Shown in pieces: positions 62,096 to 64,000 of a stretch of DNA of 64,000 bases. Origin of the DNA: Octopus vulgaris (taxonomy: Eukaryota); the NCBI GenBank assembly GCA_951406725.2, contig OX597820.1, forward strand, positions 13,516,001 to 13,580,000, read 5' to 3'. The position numbers and the translations under genes are program-made. Each line of letters begins with the position of its first letter. Positions within the stretch are counted from its first letter, which is position 1. The notes beneath the pieces are model-generated. The model ran no database searches and was not told the DNA's origin. It saw only the letters and a program-made list of their open reading frames with translations.

Positions 62096-62547
62096 TTATA
62101 TTTATATACGTGTGTGTCTGTGTGTGTGCAGTGCTCTAAATACCACGGATATTGGTAAAACATCTGAATACGTTGACTGAGCAACAATAAAACGTACCGC
62201 CGATTCATTTTGTGTTTTATCTCTAACTCTTCCAGGAACTGCATGACAATGTCCAACTGAAGCACATGTTTTATATATTTGGAAGATGTAGTAAATGTTG
62301 ATTAGATTGTCTTTGGTTCTTATCGATTCTGATTAAGGTCAGAATTGATATCGACACCATTTGAACTCCGAGCGCAAACAGGTGTAACTAAGGCATACAA
62401 CACAAGACATAACCTGTCGCTGAAGCGATTCTCTCTAACTTCTTTTCTAGTATTGGTTCAAATACCTAGCACTGTCCTTAGACATACATATATCGATTAA
62501 TCTTATCTTGCCTGTATGTACTTAGATATGAAACAACTGTAAACTGT

Positions 62548-62960
62548 AGGCGTAGGAGTGGCTGGGTGGTAAGTAGCTTGCTTACCAACCACATGGTTTA
62601 TTCCCACTGCGTGACACCTTGGGCAAGTGTCTTCTACTATAGCCTCGGGGCGACCAAAGCCTTGTGAGTGGATTTGGTAGGCGGAAACTGAAAGAAGCCT
62701 GTCGTATATATGTGTGTTTGTGTGTGTATGTATGTGTGTATATGTTTGTGTGTCTGTGTTTGTCCCCACAACATCGCTTGACAACCGATGCTGGTGTGTT
62801 TACGTCCCCGTCACTTAGCGGTTCTGCCAGAGAGACCGATAGGATAAGTACTAGGCTTACAAAGAATAAGCCTTGGTGTCGATTTGCTCGACTAAAGGCG
62901 GTACTCCAGCATGGCCGCAGTCAAATGACTAAAACAAATAAAAGGATAAAAGAATAAAAG
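62548..62960 (+). mobile_element. CORE-type SINE
   Basis: Complete head, CORE block, microsatellite and tail. Confidence 0.85.
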
Positions 62961-63627
62961 AAACCCTAACCACTGAGCCACGCGCATCCACAGCTCGATT
63001 CTTGCCGATCTTTGATCAAACAGATTCCAAACCTGACCACCACCGTATCTTTAATCCCATTATTTCTGAGCCAGTAACGACATATTTCGGTATTGTTTTC
63101 TATTTTACAAGACGGTAAGGTGAAATTTGAGAAAAGTACATTTAGCTGCTATTTCTAGCTAGCCTAACGACTAGATAACAGCTTCCTTGATGACTAGAAA
63201 ACCAATACTTTTGAACTGAGCTGCCGTCTTTCCTACTAAGCCAAATTAGGAGAGTTTGTACAGAATCTTCCGGATTCTATGTCTTAAAACACATACGTCT
63301 ATACGCATTCACAGACAAACACACCAACACGTACTTTACTGTACTTAACATCCACGGATGAAGGGAAGTATAATATTATTCGACCTTTATACTTTGAATC
63401 AAAATGATATCGTGAAGGAAACGAACCAGACTGACATCTTACATGTTATATAGGTTATCTCGAATTCTCGTTTGTGTATTATTATTATTATTATTTTCTT
63501 TTCTTTTTTTTTTGTTTTTGGCTTTCTTTTGATTTATTTTCTCTGATTTATTTCGAGCATAATAATGCTGAATGCGAGCATTGTTTCACGTAATCTATAA
63601 TGTATGTGTTAGTGTTTGCTAGTATAA

Positions 63628-63666
<39 letters not shown>

Positions 63667-63720
63667 CATACATATAGATACACATACATATATATATGTA
63701 TACATTATTCATTAGCGTAC

Positions 63721-63771
<51 letters not shown>

Positions 63772-64000
63772 CATACATATAGATACACATACATATATAC
63801 ATGTATACATTATTCATTAGCGTACGTTTATATATATATATATATATATATACATATATATATGCATACATATACATTTACATAAATATATACACACTTA
63901 TACAGAGATATATTTACATATATATATATATATATATATACATATATATACCTATGTACACACCTATATATACACATACATTTGTGTGGCTGTGGATGTA

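Overview
AT-rich, microsatellite-saturated eukaryotic DNA with no convincing host gene. The tRNA-derived SINE families and (TA)n/(TATG)n tracts suggest an octopus/cephalopod genome (inference). Most ORFs in the track are microsatellite artefacts. Main content: (1) 1-12.7 kb holds four co-oriented, divergent Tx1/L1-like non-LTR elements. Three are bounded by target-site duplications (TSDs) yet lack reverse transcriptase: two are ORF1-only, and one has ORF1+APE+C-terminal zinc finger. One ORF1-only element has a 40-bp tandem-repeat 5' UTR. (2) Six asymmetric fold-back palindromes sit in or beside (TA)n tracts. Three carry minimal hammerhead ribozymes, and one abuts a Penelope-like RT/GIY-YIG ORF. 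About ten hammerhead or hammerhead-like motifs were read by eye. (3) A near full-length CR1-like ORF2 pseudogene, a decayed mariner, Tc1/mariner MITEs and non-autonomous Helitrons. (4) Several SINE families; two have 3' tails that match LINE 3' ends in this window (one Tx1-like, one CR1-like). Coordinates were read by eye and may be off by a few bases; no database searches were run.
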